64,000 nt of DNA from the human T2T-CHM13v2.0 reference genome, Homo sapiens. Position numbers and translations under genes: made by a program. The notes beneath the pieces were generated by a model. It had not been told where the DNA came from, ran no database searches, and saw nothing but the letters and a program-made list of their open reading frames with translations. The DNA lies in the NCBI RefSeq assembly GCF_009914755.1, contig NC_060925.1. One strand, 5' to 3'. Shown one piece after another: positions 1 through 15,437 of the stretch. The first letter of the stretch is position 1. The number at the start of each line of letters is the position of its first letter.

Positions 1-149
1 AATTTTCTGCCTTGGCAAAGGCTACATTTAATATCCAAGAGCAAGCATTATACTTTTTCTTGAAAAAGCAAGGTATAAAAATTTTTAAAATAAAAGTAAA
101 GCATTATACTTTTGTAGAAAGTTTCAATTCTCCTAAAGACTGGGAACCA

Positions 150-1060
150 TATAAGAATGTGTTAGATATCATATTGGGCATGTTGACCAAGTAGAAGAAA
201 AGGGCTGGAAGAGAAGAAATGAAACTAATGTTATGGCAGATGATGGGATGATCTATCCTCCTAGAAAAATCTGCAGAATCAACAAACTCTTCAAACATTT
301 TTAAATTCAGCAAGTTTGCCAGATACACAATCAACCTACAAAAGTCAGTTACATTTATTGCCATAGCTAGTAAATATAATCACAAAGAAAGAAAACAAAA
401 CCGTGAAGTATACATAAAACTCCTATGGAAAAAGCACTCCCACTCTAAGGAAAGGCAAAGAAGAGGAAACGAGACATCCCATGCTCTTGCATGAGACAAT
501 GTAATATTAACACATGTCTAGTTTTTCTCCAATAAATCCATATATTCAAAACAATTTTAACCAAAATTTCAATTGGATATTTTTGAAAGAACTCCATAAA
601 TTTAATCTGGAAATGTATGTGGTGGAACAAAAGGTCTGTAAATAGCTAAGTCAACCTGAACGATAAGTATAAAGTTATGAACACCTACTTCAAAGCTGTG
701 GTGGTCTTAGTAAGAAAGCTTCTGCTTTGATGAAGGACAAAAAGGCCCGTGAGACAGAACAGAGCTCAAACAGATGCACAGTGAATGTGCTCCCCAGACA
801 AGGAACAGCCAGGCTGCTTAGTGTAGATCATATCAGGAAACAGGGCTTGCCGTAGGGAGGAAAATAAAACTGGGTTTTACCTAACATCGCCCTTGAAAAT
901 GGCCACAGGGCCAATTAAAGACCTAGATACAAAACTTAAAATGGGAATCAAAAATGCAGAACATCTTTGCAACCAAGGACTGGAGAAGAGTCTCTCACAT
1001 AGAGGCTCAAAAGCACAAACCATCTGAGGAAAAAAGGTTATTTAATTCCAGCAAGTCAAA
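150..1060 (+). mobile_element. Old L1 (L1M-type) ORF2 3' remnant
   Basis: Degenerate ORF2 motifs (caagtttgccagatacacaatcaac, gagacatcccatgctc); A-rich plus strand; boundaries approximate. Confidence 0.65.
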
Positions 1061-1063
1061 GAA

Positions 1064-1320
1064 CTTTTTTTTGAGACAGGGCCTCACTGTGTTGCTCAGG
1101 CTGGAGTGCAGTGGTACAATCATGGCTCACTGCAGCCTCGAATTCCTGGGCTCAAACGATCCTACTGGCTCAGCCTCTTGAATAGCTGGGATGACGGGCA
1201 CACACCACTACACCTGGCTAATTGTTTTTAAATTTTTTGTAGAGGTGGGGTCTTGCTATGTGGCCCAGGCTGGTCTCAAACTCCTGGGTTCAAATGATCC
1301 TCCCACCTTGGCCTCCCAGA
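1064..1320 (-). mobile_element. AluJ, antisense
   Basis: T-run followed by gagacagggcctcactgtgttgctcaggctggagtgcagtgg; both arms recognisable, diverged. Confidence 0.9.
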
Positions 1321-1332
1321 GAACTTTGGAAA

Positions 1333-1505
1333 GGCCAGGCCACTGGCACATGCCTGTGGTCCCTCCCAGTGCTTTGGGGGACCAAGTCAGGAGGATTGCT
1401 TGAGCCCAGAAGGTGGAGACTGCAGTGATCTGTGATTGTGCCACTGCACTCTAGCCTGGGCGATAGAGCAAAGACCCTGTCTCAAAAATAAATAAATAAA
1501 TAAAA
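1333..1505 (+). mobile_element. Alu monomer (FRAM/AluJ right arm)
   Basis: ggaggattgcttgagcccag...gaccctgtctc followed by an (A/TAAA) tail. Confidence 0.85.
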
Positions 1506-1768
1506 TTTAAAAAGAGAGCCAAAAGTGGTAATAGCCCAAGTGTCCATCACCTGATGAATGGATAAAGCAAACATGGGCCATCCACACAGTGGAATAACAT
1601 TCAGCCATCAAAAGGAATAAATGACTCAGGCCACAATGTGGATGAGCCTTGAAAGTCTGATGCTGAGTGAAAGAAGCAAGACTCAAAGGGCCGCAGAGTG
1701 TGTGATTCCACTTTGGACAATGTCGAGAATAGGCAAAGCCCGAGAGACAAAAAGCTAGCTGGTGGTTG

Positions 1769-2588
<820 letters not shown>

Positions 2589-3163
2589 GCTGTTAGGGGA
2601 TGAAGGGAAGGGAAGGCAGTGTGATTGCTAATGGGTACAGGTTTCTTTTGGGGGTGATGAGAAGATTCTGGAACTAGACAGAGGTGGTGGTTGCACAACG
2701 TTGTGAATGCACCTAGGGCCACCAAGCTGTTCATTTTGAAATGGTTAATTTTATACACAAAGCTCACCTAACAAAAAGAAATGCAGTCACACAAAATGAT
2801 TATGCACACATTGCAAGAATGTATTCCAGTAAAAGTGCACCTTAAAAATATGTAAATGATTACCTCAGGTAGAGAGGGAAAGGAGAATGAATGTGGCAAA
2901 AGATAGCCATAAAGAAATGCACAGATGCTGGAAAAAATAAAAAAAGAAATGCACAGATAAGTACCTGAAAAGAGGTGTGGCCTGCCCAGATCGGCAAGAC
3001 CAGAGGGAAAAAGGAAAAAAAAGAATGCCGATGTCCCTGTCCCTCTGCTGGTCAAGTGGCATGGCTTGTGAGGCTCCTGTGCTGGTGAGACCTGGGCCAG
3101 GCTGGGGTGGGGAGACACCAGACCCAGGACGGGAGTTGGGGAAGGCATGGGTGGGGTCCGTCA

Positions 3164-3919
<756 letters not shown>

Positions 3920-6900
3920 TCAGAAAGTGACCTGCAACCCTGATCCTCCAAATTCACTGGCTAGGCAAGTCCCATGACCACACCTTGCTCTGGAAGGGGA
4001 TGGGTCAGGTCCAGGGGAGGAGTCCACCTGTGGGCAGATGAGGGTCAGAGAGACTGGGACTGTCTACACCTGCTGCTTGGGGTGCCTGAAGATTCTAGGG
4101 TTCACGATCCAGCCTTCTCTTCTGTGGATTCCAGGATCCGCCTCCCCGCCCACCCCTGCGGGCATGGTGGGCATCCTCAGCCTGCTGTGTTTATGCAGAA
4201 AGGTGTTCCTGGGACCCTAAGGCCAGCAATCCCATGCAGTTCCCAAGCGTGGCTTTCTCATCTGTAACTCACAACTTTACAAAGTTACATCTGCAACTCT
4301 CAAATGATTTTCCTTCAAGGACAGACCAAGGGGCGGCCTTTTTCTGGTGGTGGCATCCTGAAATCTCCCACCACCAGGGAGCATTTCTCTGACGTCCAGG
4401 AAACTGAACTTCCCAGGACCCCAGTAAATTCGCATGGACTTCCCAGTAGATCCCTTCACTGCCCAGTAGGGCAGGCAGTGCCCAGAGACCCACCGGTGTG
4501 AAGCACAGTCATGGCATGGTGACACTGGGTTTAGGGGTGCTGAGATTGGCAGTGGCAAAAGGCAAGTTGAATCTGGGGGTTCCCCAATCTTTCATTTGTC
4601 TTGAGCATTGGAATGCCCCCACTAATAGAAGCTACCAGAGAGACCATGTCTATGCACAGATCACAGGTTGCAGAAAGCCCGGCCCATGGGGCTCCCTCTC
4701 ACACTCTAGCCAGGCCCCACAGGGGCACACGGGGGACAAGGCCCAGCAGACTGCAAGGGCAGAGGCTTCACCATGGTGCCTGGCGGCCTGTGCACTCCAG
4801 CATTGGGCCTAGCCACCCAGCACTCGGCTCTGGCCGGGCACTAGGGCCTGCTGCTTGTGGGCCCCTTGGGGGAGGTCCTGCAGAGTGGACACATCTACTC
4901 CTGCAGGGGCTGCCTCCAGGGGAGACCTCCTGAGGGGCCTCTGCTTTGCCACCCAGTGCTGGGAATGCCACGCACACTGTGCAGAAGAACCTCAATCTGC
5001 CCTTCTGCAGCCTATGTCTATTCCTGAGATAGTGGCAGGGAAACGTGCTTCCTACACCAGCATGATCTTCCCAGATCCAGCCCCTGGCCAGCTTCCGGTG
5101 AACAACTGGCCATGAAATCCAGACAGACCGTAGTGTCTGGTGCTTGGGGTGAGGGTTTAGGAGACAGGCAGGTGCACCTGCTCCTAACCCACAGCAAACT
5201 CTTCTCTTTTTTTCCAGGTGAACTCTAGGACGCCTGAGTCTGTAAACTGAACCACATCTGGAGATGTTGTTCACAACCTGGAGATGTGAGCTGGGATGAC
5301 ACAGCTGCAATCTCCCTGGGGTCCCCGGCATTCGTGCCAGTGTCTCTTACTGCATAGAATCAATCCATTTTCATTGCTGTGTCCCACCGCTTCTCCAGGA
5401 AGGCTCCAGCAGGTGACATCCGCTCTCCTGACCCTCTCAGTGCCTCAGTGCCTCAAGGTCCCCTGTGTCTGTCATGATCCAAGGGCCTCTCCCCGTCAGG
5501 AGGCCTCCCTGGAAGCTGCCCATCTCATGCCCTCCCCTGGCAGTGCATGCTCTCACTCAAATCACTTTATCTTCTGCCCACCCCTGCATCCACCATGGTG
5601 GTCAGGAGCCTCCCCTGAAGTGTGAAATATCCTCTCTGAAATGTGGAGGGCAGTACAAAGGCTGCGACATTCTTCTAATGGCAACTGTGGAAGGACAGGA
5701 TAGATAGAATGACGGGACATAACACCTGCAGATATAATGGACAATAATCTTCCATTAATGAAGAAAGTATGTTTTCCACTTGATAAATCCCACTAAAGAT
5801 GTAGATGCATATTTTTAAGTTCATATTTTGTACATCTTAGTAAAACTTTGGAAAACCAAAAATAGATAGAAAAATCTTAAATGCTGAAAATAAACAGAAG
5901 GAGATTCAAAGTGAAATCAAGCTAATAAGGAACATACTGAATACCAAAAGAAAGTAGGGTCATATCTTCAAAGACAAAGGGAAAATAATTGTGAGCCTAA
6001 GTTTCTACACCCAGTCAAGCCAACACACCTGAGTGAGAATGAAATGAAAGTGTTTTGTCAGATATAAAAGGACTTAGAATGGACACTACAAAAACTGAAG
6101 GCCACTGAAAGTCACTACAGAATGTACACAGTGAGGAGAAAACTGAGCTCACACATACGTTCTCTGATTACAGTGAAGTTGACTAGAAATTAATAACAGA
6201 AGGATATCTAGGAAATCTCTGTGCGTTTAAAAATGGAGAAATGCACTTCCAAATAACCTATGAGTCAAAGAGGATATTAGAAAATAGTTCGAACTGAATT
6301 TTTTTACCCAAACTAAATTTTTTAAAAGGAAATAAAAAAAATAAAAATAGGGAACATCAAAACCTGATCTACAAGAACTACCCTACGAGAAATGCCAAGG
6401 GGCCCTTCAGGCTGAAATGAAAGAACACGGGACAATAATTCACAGCCACATGGAGAGATAAAGCGCACTGGTTCAGGTGCCTACAATGGTAATATGAAGG
6501 CCAGTAGAATTGTAAGGTTTTTTGTAATTCCTCTTCTTTCCCTATATGATTTAAAGGACAAATACATGAAACAACAATTACAAATATATGCTAATGGGCA
6601 TACAATATATAAAGATGTAATTTGTGACAATAATAAGGAAGGAGGAATAGAACTGTGTAAGTTCAGGGTTTTTGTATACTATTGAAGTTAAGTCAGTATT
6701 AATGAAAACTAGAACATTATATTAATAAGTTTAAGGTGTTAATTGTAATCCCCAAGGAAACCACTAAGAAATAACTAAAACATATACAAAAATGTAAATG
6801 AGAAGGGAACCAAAATGATATACCAAAAAAAAAAAAAAAAAAAAAAAACACCTCAAACTAAGCAGAAGGCAGTAATGGAAGGATTGAGAAACAAAAAAAA

Positions 6901-7877
6901 AGAAACATTTCTAAAAATAATAAAATGGTAGTAGTCTTTTCTTATCAGTAATAATTTTAAATGTAAATTGCTTAAATTATCCAATTAAATAGCAGAGATT
7001 GGCAGAATGGATACCAATAGCAACAAAACCCCAACAAAACAAAGCTTATGGTTCATCTATATGCTATCTAGAAGAGACTCCTTCAGATCCAAAGACACAC
7101 ATAGGCTGAAAGTGAAAGAACAGAAAAAGATAACCCATGAAAATCATACCAAAAGAGAGCTAGGGTGCCTATACAGACAAATTAGGCTTTAGGTAAAAAA
7201 CAGTTACGAGAGACAAAAAGGGACATTATATTCAAAGGTTCAATCCATCAAGAAGAGACAACAACCATAAGCATATATACACCTAACAAGAGATCTCTAA
7301 AAAACGTGAAGCAAAAATTGACAGAATTGAAAGGATAAATAAAGTTTCACAAGAATAAAGATTTCAATACTCCACTTTCAATAATGGATAAAATAACCAG
7401 ACAGAAGATCAATATGAAAATGGAGGACTTGAACAATACTATAGACCAGCTAGACCTAGTAGATATATACAGAACACTCCATCCCCAGACAGCAGAATAT
7501 ATATTTTCCCCAAGCACACATAGAACATTCTCTAAGATATACTATATGTTAGACCACAAAACAAGTCTTAATAATTTTCTAAAAGTTAAAATTATCCAAC
7601 TTATCTTCTCCAACCACAATGGAATGAAACTAGAGATTAACAACAGAAGGAAAACGAAATTCACAAACACGAAAATTAAATGACATATTTTAAAACGATC
7701 AATAGGTCAAAGAAGAAATCACAAGGGAAATTAGAAAACATTTTGAGGTGAACAAAATCAAAAACACAAAATATCAGAAGTTGGTTATGCAGCAAAATCG
7801 GTGCTCAGAGAGAAATGTATAGCTGTAAACATCTACATTAAGAAAGAAGATCAGTCCAGTGATCTGGTGGAGTTGTA

Positions 7878-7935
7878 CAAAAAAAGAAAGAGAGAGAGAA
7901 AGAGAAAGAAAGAAAGACAAAGAAAGAAAGAAAGA
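7878..7935 (+). repeat. (GAAA/GA)n simple repeat
   Basis: aaaaaaagaaagagagagagaaagagaaagaaagaaag. Confidence 0.85.
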
Positions 7936-8443
7936 GTCAGTTAATACAGTTGAAAAAAAGAGAAGTATAACAGTAACCTAGCTTTTCACCTTAAGAAACT
8001 AAAGAAAGAAGAACAAAGTAAACTCAAGCTAGCAGAAAGAAGAAAATAATAAAAATTAGAGCAGAAATAAAAAATAGAAAAATAGAGAAAATAAATGAAA
8101 CAAAAGTTGGTTATTTGAAAAGATTAACAAATTTGCCAAACCTAGACTTTCTAAGAAAAAAAAGAGAGAAAATTCAAATTGCTAAAATCAGAAAGTGGGA
8201 ACATTACTATTGACCTTAGAGAAATAAGAAGGATTGTAGCGGAATGCTATGAAGAATTGTACACTGACAAATTAGATAACCTCGGTGAAATGGACACATT
8301 TCTAGAAACACAGAAACTACCATAAAGGCCTCAGGAAGAAATAGGAAATCTGCACTGACCTATAATGGGTGAAGAGCTTGAGTCCATAAGAAAAGCCTTT
8401 CTAACAAAGAAAAGCTTAGGACCAAGTGGCTTTACTGGTCCTA

Positions 8444-8762
<319 letters not shown>

Positions 8763-9181
8763 AGCACCAATTCCTCTTGAACTCCTTTAAAAATTAAAAG
8801 AGGGAAGAACACTTCAAAACTCATCTTATAAAGCCAGTGTTATCCTGATACCAAAGCCAGACAAACACATCATTAGAAAAGAAAATTAAAGAGCAATATT
8901 CCTTGTGACTATATATATGAAAATTTTCAACAAAGTACTAGTAAAATGGAATTGGAATATTAAAAGTATCATACACCATGAGCAAGTGGGATTTATTATA
9001 GGACCCCCAGGGTGGTTCAAGATACAAAAAATTATCGATGTGAAACACCATATTTATAGATAAAAACACCATATTTATAGATAGAAACCATAAGCATCTC
9101 AAGTGATGACAATAAAAATTTAAAAATCACTTGACAAGAGCCAATATCTTTTCATGATTAAAAAAAACAAACTCAATAGAA

Positions 9182-9464
<283 letters not shown>

Positions 9465-12116
9465 TACCACTTAATAAACTAGGAATAGAAGGAAACACCT
9501 TCAACACAAAAAGGGCATATTTGAAAAATCCACAGCTAAGAGCATAATCAATGGGGAAAAACTGATAACATTCCCCCTGAGATCAGGACAAGACAAAGAT
9601 GCCTGATTTCTCCACTGTTATTCAACATTGTACTGGAAGTTCTAGCCACAGCAATTAGACAAGAAAAAGAAAACTCATTAAAATTGGAAAGGAAGAAATA
9701 AAACTATCTCTATTTTCACATGGCATTGTCTTACATATAGAAAACAAAGGATTTAAAAAGACTTATCACGGCTCATAAATAACTTTGGCAAAGCTACAGG
9801 ATAAAAATCAGCATGAAAAAAATTGTATTTGTATACACTAGCAATGGACAATCCAGAAAGGAACTTAAGAACACAATTCTGTTTTCAATAGCCTCTAAAC
9901 AATAAAATGCTTAGAGAAATACATTTTATCAAAGAAGCACAAGACTTGCACACCATAAACTACAAAACATGACTGAAAGAAATTAAAGAAAACCTAATAA
10001 ATGGAAAGACATCCCATGTTCATGGATTGGAAGGTTTAATATTGTTAAGATGCCATTAGTCCCCAAAGCAATCTACAAATTCAATGCAATCACTATCAAA
10101 ATTTCCCTACTGTTTTTGCAGAAGTGGGCATGCTAGAATATGAGACCAGAAAACCACTGGCTGGCACATTCCACAGGAGGGCCTGAAAAACACTGCATTT
10201 ATCAAGAGCATACAGCATGTCCCAAATGGCTGTCCTCCATGGGAGATGCTTTTCCCAAATGGGTGGGAATGTTGGGACTCTGGAAGAGTAGTAGCCAGGG
10301 CAACACAACTATCAGAAGCAGCATGGGCATAATTACCATTATAGTCAGCAAAGTCAGAACAGCAGCTATAGGAATCTGACCTTTGAGTGTCCATGGAAAT
10401 AAACTGAGTGAGAACTTGGTGTTCCTGGAGCAAGTTTGACAGGCAGCCAACAAGAGTATCACTAATCTATAAAATGGGAAGTGGTCACTGATGAACAGAA
10501 GGCTGAGGTCAACCATCCTAGTGGAGACTCACAGTCTCTTCCCTTGCTTCCAGTTCTGAAACAATTTTCAGATCCAGAACCTGGGTCCCTATGAGGAGAG
10601 ACCCTACAGCTCCTAGAAAGACTGTACAGTATTGATCCCACATCCCTTCCCAGTGGGATCTATGGCCACTTCCACGGTAATCCTATCTTAGGTAAAGGGA
10701 AACCCCTAGATACTTCAAGGGCTGTTGAACACAGGGTCCAAATGGAAACTGACCACTGTGGATCCAAATGGCCCATGCTACTACATTGCATAGGTGCCCA
10801 GAGCAAGAAAGGGCTCCAGGTGCAGTAAGAGCAGACACACCTCCAGGTGCAGGTTCCAGCTGCAGTACAAGCAGACCCACCACTTGGATGGCATGTCTCA
10901 GCAGATTCCATGGTACCAGGTAGATTTAAGGTAGAAACAAACCCTGTGTGGGGCATCTGACCAGCCCCAATAGGAGGTGGGCAGGGCAGCCCCTCCCCTT
11001 GAGCCACTGTTAAAATGCTGTCCTGGGCATGCCACCAGAGCTTAGTAGAAATCAGGCATTCAGCCAACTGACCAAGTGACCACGTGGCTGAAGCTTCCCC
11101 AGACGAGGTGAGTACTGACAGACCCACTAAGTCATAAACTTAGGTGGGCCCAACTTCTAACCATTGTGATACATAGGGATTGTGTCCAGACAGGTTGAGA
11201 GGGCACAGTAACCTACACAAACAGGCAGCCCTATCCTCTGTGTCACCTGCTAGTATTGTATGGATGCCTTTCCTCAGTTCACCCCTGGCCCCACGGGGGT
11301 CCTTAAAACCGGCTGACAGAGAAGGAGGAAGCCTTGAAGTCAGTGGTGAGGGGAGCTTCCCAATGGTGGAGCTCCCAGCAGGGCATTTGGGCATCCACCT
11401 TGTGCGAGAGAGAAGTGGTCCAAGATAAGGCTGTAGGGAATACATCTAGTGAAAGATGAGCTGCAAATTGCTTAACTGGTTGGTCAGGAGACTGGAAGGA
11501 GCAACTTCCAGAAAAAATCAGGGACAAGAAGATTGGAGAAGAGACACCCAGTGGACTTATGGAAGTGGGTACAAAGTGTGAGAACATTTCATTGCATGCT
11601 AAAGCCCAACTGAGACCATCCACCACAGGAGAGGCACCCAGCCACTAGAAGGACATGATGACAGGCCCAGAGACATCAGCACATCAGCAAGCCTATGTCC
11701 CCAGCCATCCTGTGAGCCTCCATGAGGTCATGGAGCAGCCCAGAGGGCAGAGAGGGAGACCAGGCATGAGCCCTCCAGGGTGGGCTCCCTTCCTCTCCCC
11801 AGACTGACTTCACTGATGTTGCTGCCCCTGAATCTCCACTTGCCAGCAAGAGAGGCCAAAGCTAAGGCCCTGTGCAGTACAATCTTTTGAAGAGACCAAC
11901 CAACAAATTTGGGGGCAAGTTTATCACCTTGGACAAAATTTTATTCTGACCAGGACTGACATATATCCCAAGAATGGGTTTGCCTCTCTGGCCTGCAATG
12001 ATTCAGCCAACACCAACCTCTGACAGCTCATGAAGGTCTGATTGACATACATGGGATCCCACCGAGCCTCATCAAGGGATCACTTTTGAAGCAAGTGAGC
12101 AATGACAGAGTGCACA

Positions 12117-12657
12117 TGTTTTGCAGTGGGCAGATCTATGCACACCTATCCCCAAAGTCTGAAGAAGTTGAGAGGCCAAAGAAAGAGGCTGACATGTGCT
12201 AAGTAGCAAGAGGAAAAAAAATATAGGTAGATGATAGATAGATAGACAGATAGATATAGAGATGATATAGATATAGATATAAATATCAATACAGAAGAAA
12301 GAGGCTGACAAATCCAGTCAGTCTCTCAAGAAGAAACATTTAATAAGGACTTACAAGCAGAAGCCAGGTCTGTGTCATGGTGGCGGTGAGACAAGATGGT
12401 GAGTCCCCATACCATTCCCCCTAGACCCAGGGCTTACATAAACAGGGAAAGAGTATACATGATTCAGAAGAGCTGTGTGGGACAACTGAAGTATGATAAC
12501 ATTAAGGTTGTTTGGCAAAGGGCAGGATTTATGGTAAGTACCTGCTCTTACACAAAGAACAATAAAGTGAAAATCTTAGACACCTTCCCAGAACTGAGGT
12601 TAAGTGGAAGTCAACATGGCACATTGGCATCCAAGATGGAGCTGCTTTAACTCCACA
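12117..12657 (-). mobile_element. ERV1-class solo LTR (MER83/MER72-like)
   Basis: Minus strand starts TGTGGAGTTAAAGCAGCTCCATCTTGG and ends ...AACA; decayed TSD gcaca/gcatg. Confidence 0.65.
12214..12290 (+). repeat. A-run grading into a (GATA/GATATA)n microsatellite
   Basis: gatagatagatagacagatagatatagag... Confidence 0.85.
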
Positions 12658-12996
12658 GCATGTGACCATGGGATCCATCAGCCCCTCTAGATGCTGCACC
12701 ATTTGGAAGCTGCCAGCTGATAAAGTGATGGGTGGATTGTCCTCTTGAAGGTGCAGCTGAGACTCCATCTTGGAGGTAAAGCCCTATGAGGATAGGGTGC
12801 TAACTTTCAGAATATGGTATAGACCTTCAACCAATGGCCACTGTATGTGGTTGTCTCCCCAGATGGTAGGATATATAGATCCAAGAACTAAAGGAAAGAC
12901 ACAAGAGTAACTCCATTCACTATCTGTCCCAGTTGGAGAATGTGAGCTTCCCATCCCTGCAACCTAAAGTTTTGTGGGTCCAGAGATCTTGGTTCC

Positions 12997-14391
12997 TGAT
13001 ATATTTTGGATGTTTGTTGCCTCCAAACTTCACATTGAAATTTGATCTCCAGTGTTGGATGTGAGTCCTAGTAGGAGGTGTTTTGATCATCTCTCATGAA
13101 CTACTTGGTCCCATCCTCATGATAATAAGTGAGTTTTTGCTCTATTAGTTTCCGTGGGAGCTAGTTGTTAAAAGGGGCCTAGGCGCACCTCCCTTCTCTC
13201 TCTCTCTCTGTCTCCCTCTCTCACTCTGTGATCTCAGCACAAACCAGCTCCCCCTCATTGAAGGGGTGGGTTGCCCCTCCTCACCTGTGGGTGTTTCTCG
13301 TTAGGTGGAACGAGAGGCTTGGAAAAGAAAAAGACACAGAGACAAAGTATAGAGAAAGAAATAAGGGCACCCAGGGAACCAGCGTTCAGCATATGGAGGA
13401 TCCCGCCAGCCTCTGAGTTCCCTTAGTATTTGTTGATCATCTGTGGGTGTTTCTCTGAGAGGGGGATGTGTCAGGGTCACAAGACAATAGTGGGGAGAGG
13501 GTCAGCAGACAAACACGTGAACAAAGGTATTTGGATCATAGACAAGGTAAAGAATCAAGTGCTGTGCTTTTAGATATGCATACACATAAACATCTCAATG
13601 CTTTACAAAGCAGTATTGCTGCCCGCATGTCCCACCTCCAGCCCTAAGGCAGTTTTTCCCTATCTCAGTAGATGGAACGTACAATCAGGTTTTATACCAA
13701 GACATTCCATTGCCCAGGGACGGGCAGGAGACAGATGCCTTCCTCTTGTCTCAACTGCAAGAGGCATGCCTTCCTCTTATACTAATCCTCCTCAGCACAG
13801 ACCCTTTATGGGTGTCGGGCTGGGGGACGGTCAGGTCTTTCCCTTCCCACGAGGCCATAATTCAGACTATCACATGGGGAGAAACCTTGGACAATACCTG
13901 GCTTTCCTAGGCAGAGGTCCCTGCGGCCTTCCGCAGTGTTTGTGTCCCTGGGTACTTGAGATTAGGGAGTGGTGATGACTCTCAACGAGCATGCTGCCTT
14001 CAAGCATCTGTTTAACAAAGCACATCTTGCACCACCCTTAATCCATTTAACCCTGAGTTTGACACAGCACATGTTTCAGAGAGCATGGGGTTGGGGGTAA
14101 GGTCATAGATTAACAGAATCTCAAGGCAGAAGAATTTGTCTTAGTACAGAACAAAATGGAGTCTCCTATGTCTACTTCTCTCTACACAGACGCAGCAACA
14201 ATCTGATCTCTCTTGCTTTTCCCCACACCTCACCTTCCATGGGTGGAAGCTTTCTGAGGTCCTCACAAGAAGCAGATGCTGGCACTGTGCTTCCTATACA
14301 GCTTGCAGAACCATGAGTCAAATAAACTTCTTTTCTTTACAAATTACTCACCCTCAGATATTCTTTATAGCAACACAAATGGACTAAGACA
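12997..14391 (+). mobile_element. MaLR LTR (MSTB-like), split by a HERV-K LTR
   Basis: TG...ggactaagaCA termini; perfect 5-bp TSD gttcc at 12992-12996 and 14392-14396. Confidence 0.85.
13259..14227 (-). mobile_element. HERV-K(HML-2) solo LTR, LTR5_Hs-like, 969 bp
   Basis: Minus strand begins TGTGGGGAAAAGCAAGAGAGATCAG and ends GGGGCAACCCACCCCTTCA; 6-bp TSD cctcat/cctcac; TATAAAA at 13690-13696 (-). Confidence 0.95.
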
Positions 14392-14872
14392 GTTCCCATA
14401 GGGAGGAAACACCCACCAGGAAATGCAGCAAGATTCCAGCGGACTTACAGCAGCTGCTTCCACCTGATCACTTTAGGCAGAGAAAGGAGTCACAATGACA
14501 GCAGGGCTGATGGACATGGCACCATGAGTCGGGGCTGGTGACACGCCATGGGGGAAGGGGTGCTGATGAATGTACTTGATGTGCAATGTCCCTTGCTCTC
14601 CCTGTGCCATAGCCCATGAAGGGTCACAGACTCCTCAGGGATGAGGCCCTGGGCTGCTGCACTGGGTCATCTCCATCAGCAAAGGGAAGTGGGCCGTGGT
14701 GGTGGAAGAGGGAGATGAGCATCTGTTATGGCCTCAGGACGACCTGCAGCAGCTCATCTGTCTTTTATTATCCCGCTGACTCTCCATTTGAACATCTTCT
14801 CAGGAATTGGGACCCACCAGAACCCTGAGGAAGCTGGGCCAGATGGAGTGCATTTGGTCAGGGAAGCCAGGA

Positions 14873-15270
14873 TGTGGTGGATGCTGTTGGTTTCCTGCCC
14901 AGATCCTCTCCAGCTAGCAATGCTCCCTGTGCCAGCTGTGGTGAGTGTTGGCTGCCAGCCCCTCACAGCTGTCCTCAGAAGTGTCAGCCTGAACCAGGTG
15001 GAGCACCTGGCCTGGGAGGCCCCATGCCACTGCCCACTGCAGACCAGACCATGGTCATGAATGACCTGGCAGGAGGTGCACAGGGCAGCTGCCTTGCCCG
15101 AAGATGACAACAACTTTGCCAGCTGCTCTTGGGCACGAGGTTTCCTGCAGGCTCCAGCCGAGACCACATCCTGCTTAGTTTTCCTCCTCTGTCCTGCCCG
15201 CCACTTTGCTGCTGTTCTCCTGAGAACACACCCTTGCTCAGTAAATCTGCTTTAACAAAACCAATAAACT
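14873..15270 (+). mobile_element. LTR16-family LTR (3' LTR of the ERVL remnant)
   Basis: Starts tgtggtggatgctg...cccagatcc; contains gttggctgc...ctcacagctg typical of LTR16. Confidence 0.7.
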
Positions 15271-15437
15271 CAACCTAAAACAATTACCATTTCAATAATT
15301 TTTTAAAAATCATGATTGATAATAGACAATTTCATCATCTACTTAGGAATAAATCTAGCAAAATGTGTGCAAGATCTCTACCCCACAAAGCTACAAACGA
15401 TACAGAGAAAAATTAAAGAATCCTTCAATGAACAGAG

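Larger units (their letters stand above)
10135..14872 (+). mobile_element. ERVL-class internal sequence (ERV3-16A3-like), degenerate and interrupted by three LTRs
   Basis: Decayed protease motif (GLLNTGS for LLDTGS) near 10720-10740; gag/pol-like remnants; followed by an LTR16-like LTR. Confidence 0.65.

Noticed and set aside
9043-9082. Short tandem duplication aaacaccatatttatagat in L1
   Set aside because: Ordinary slippage duplication with no further significance.
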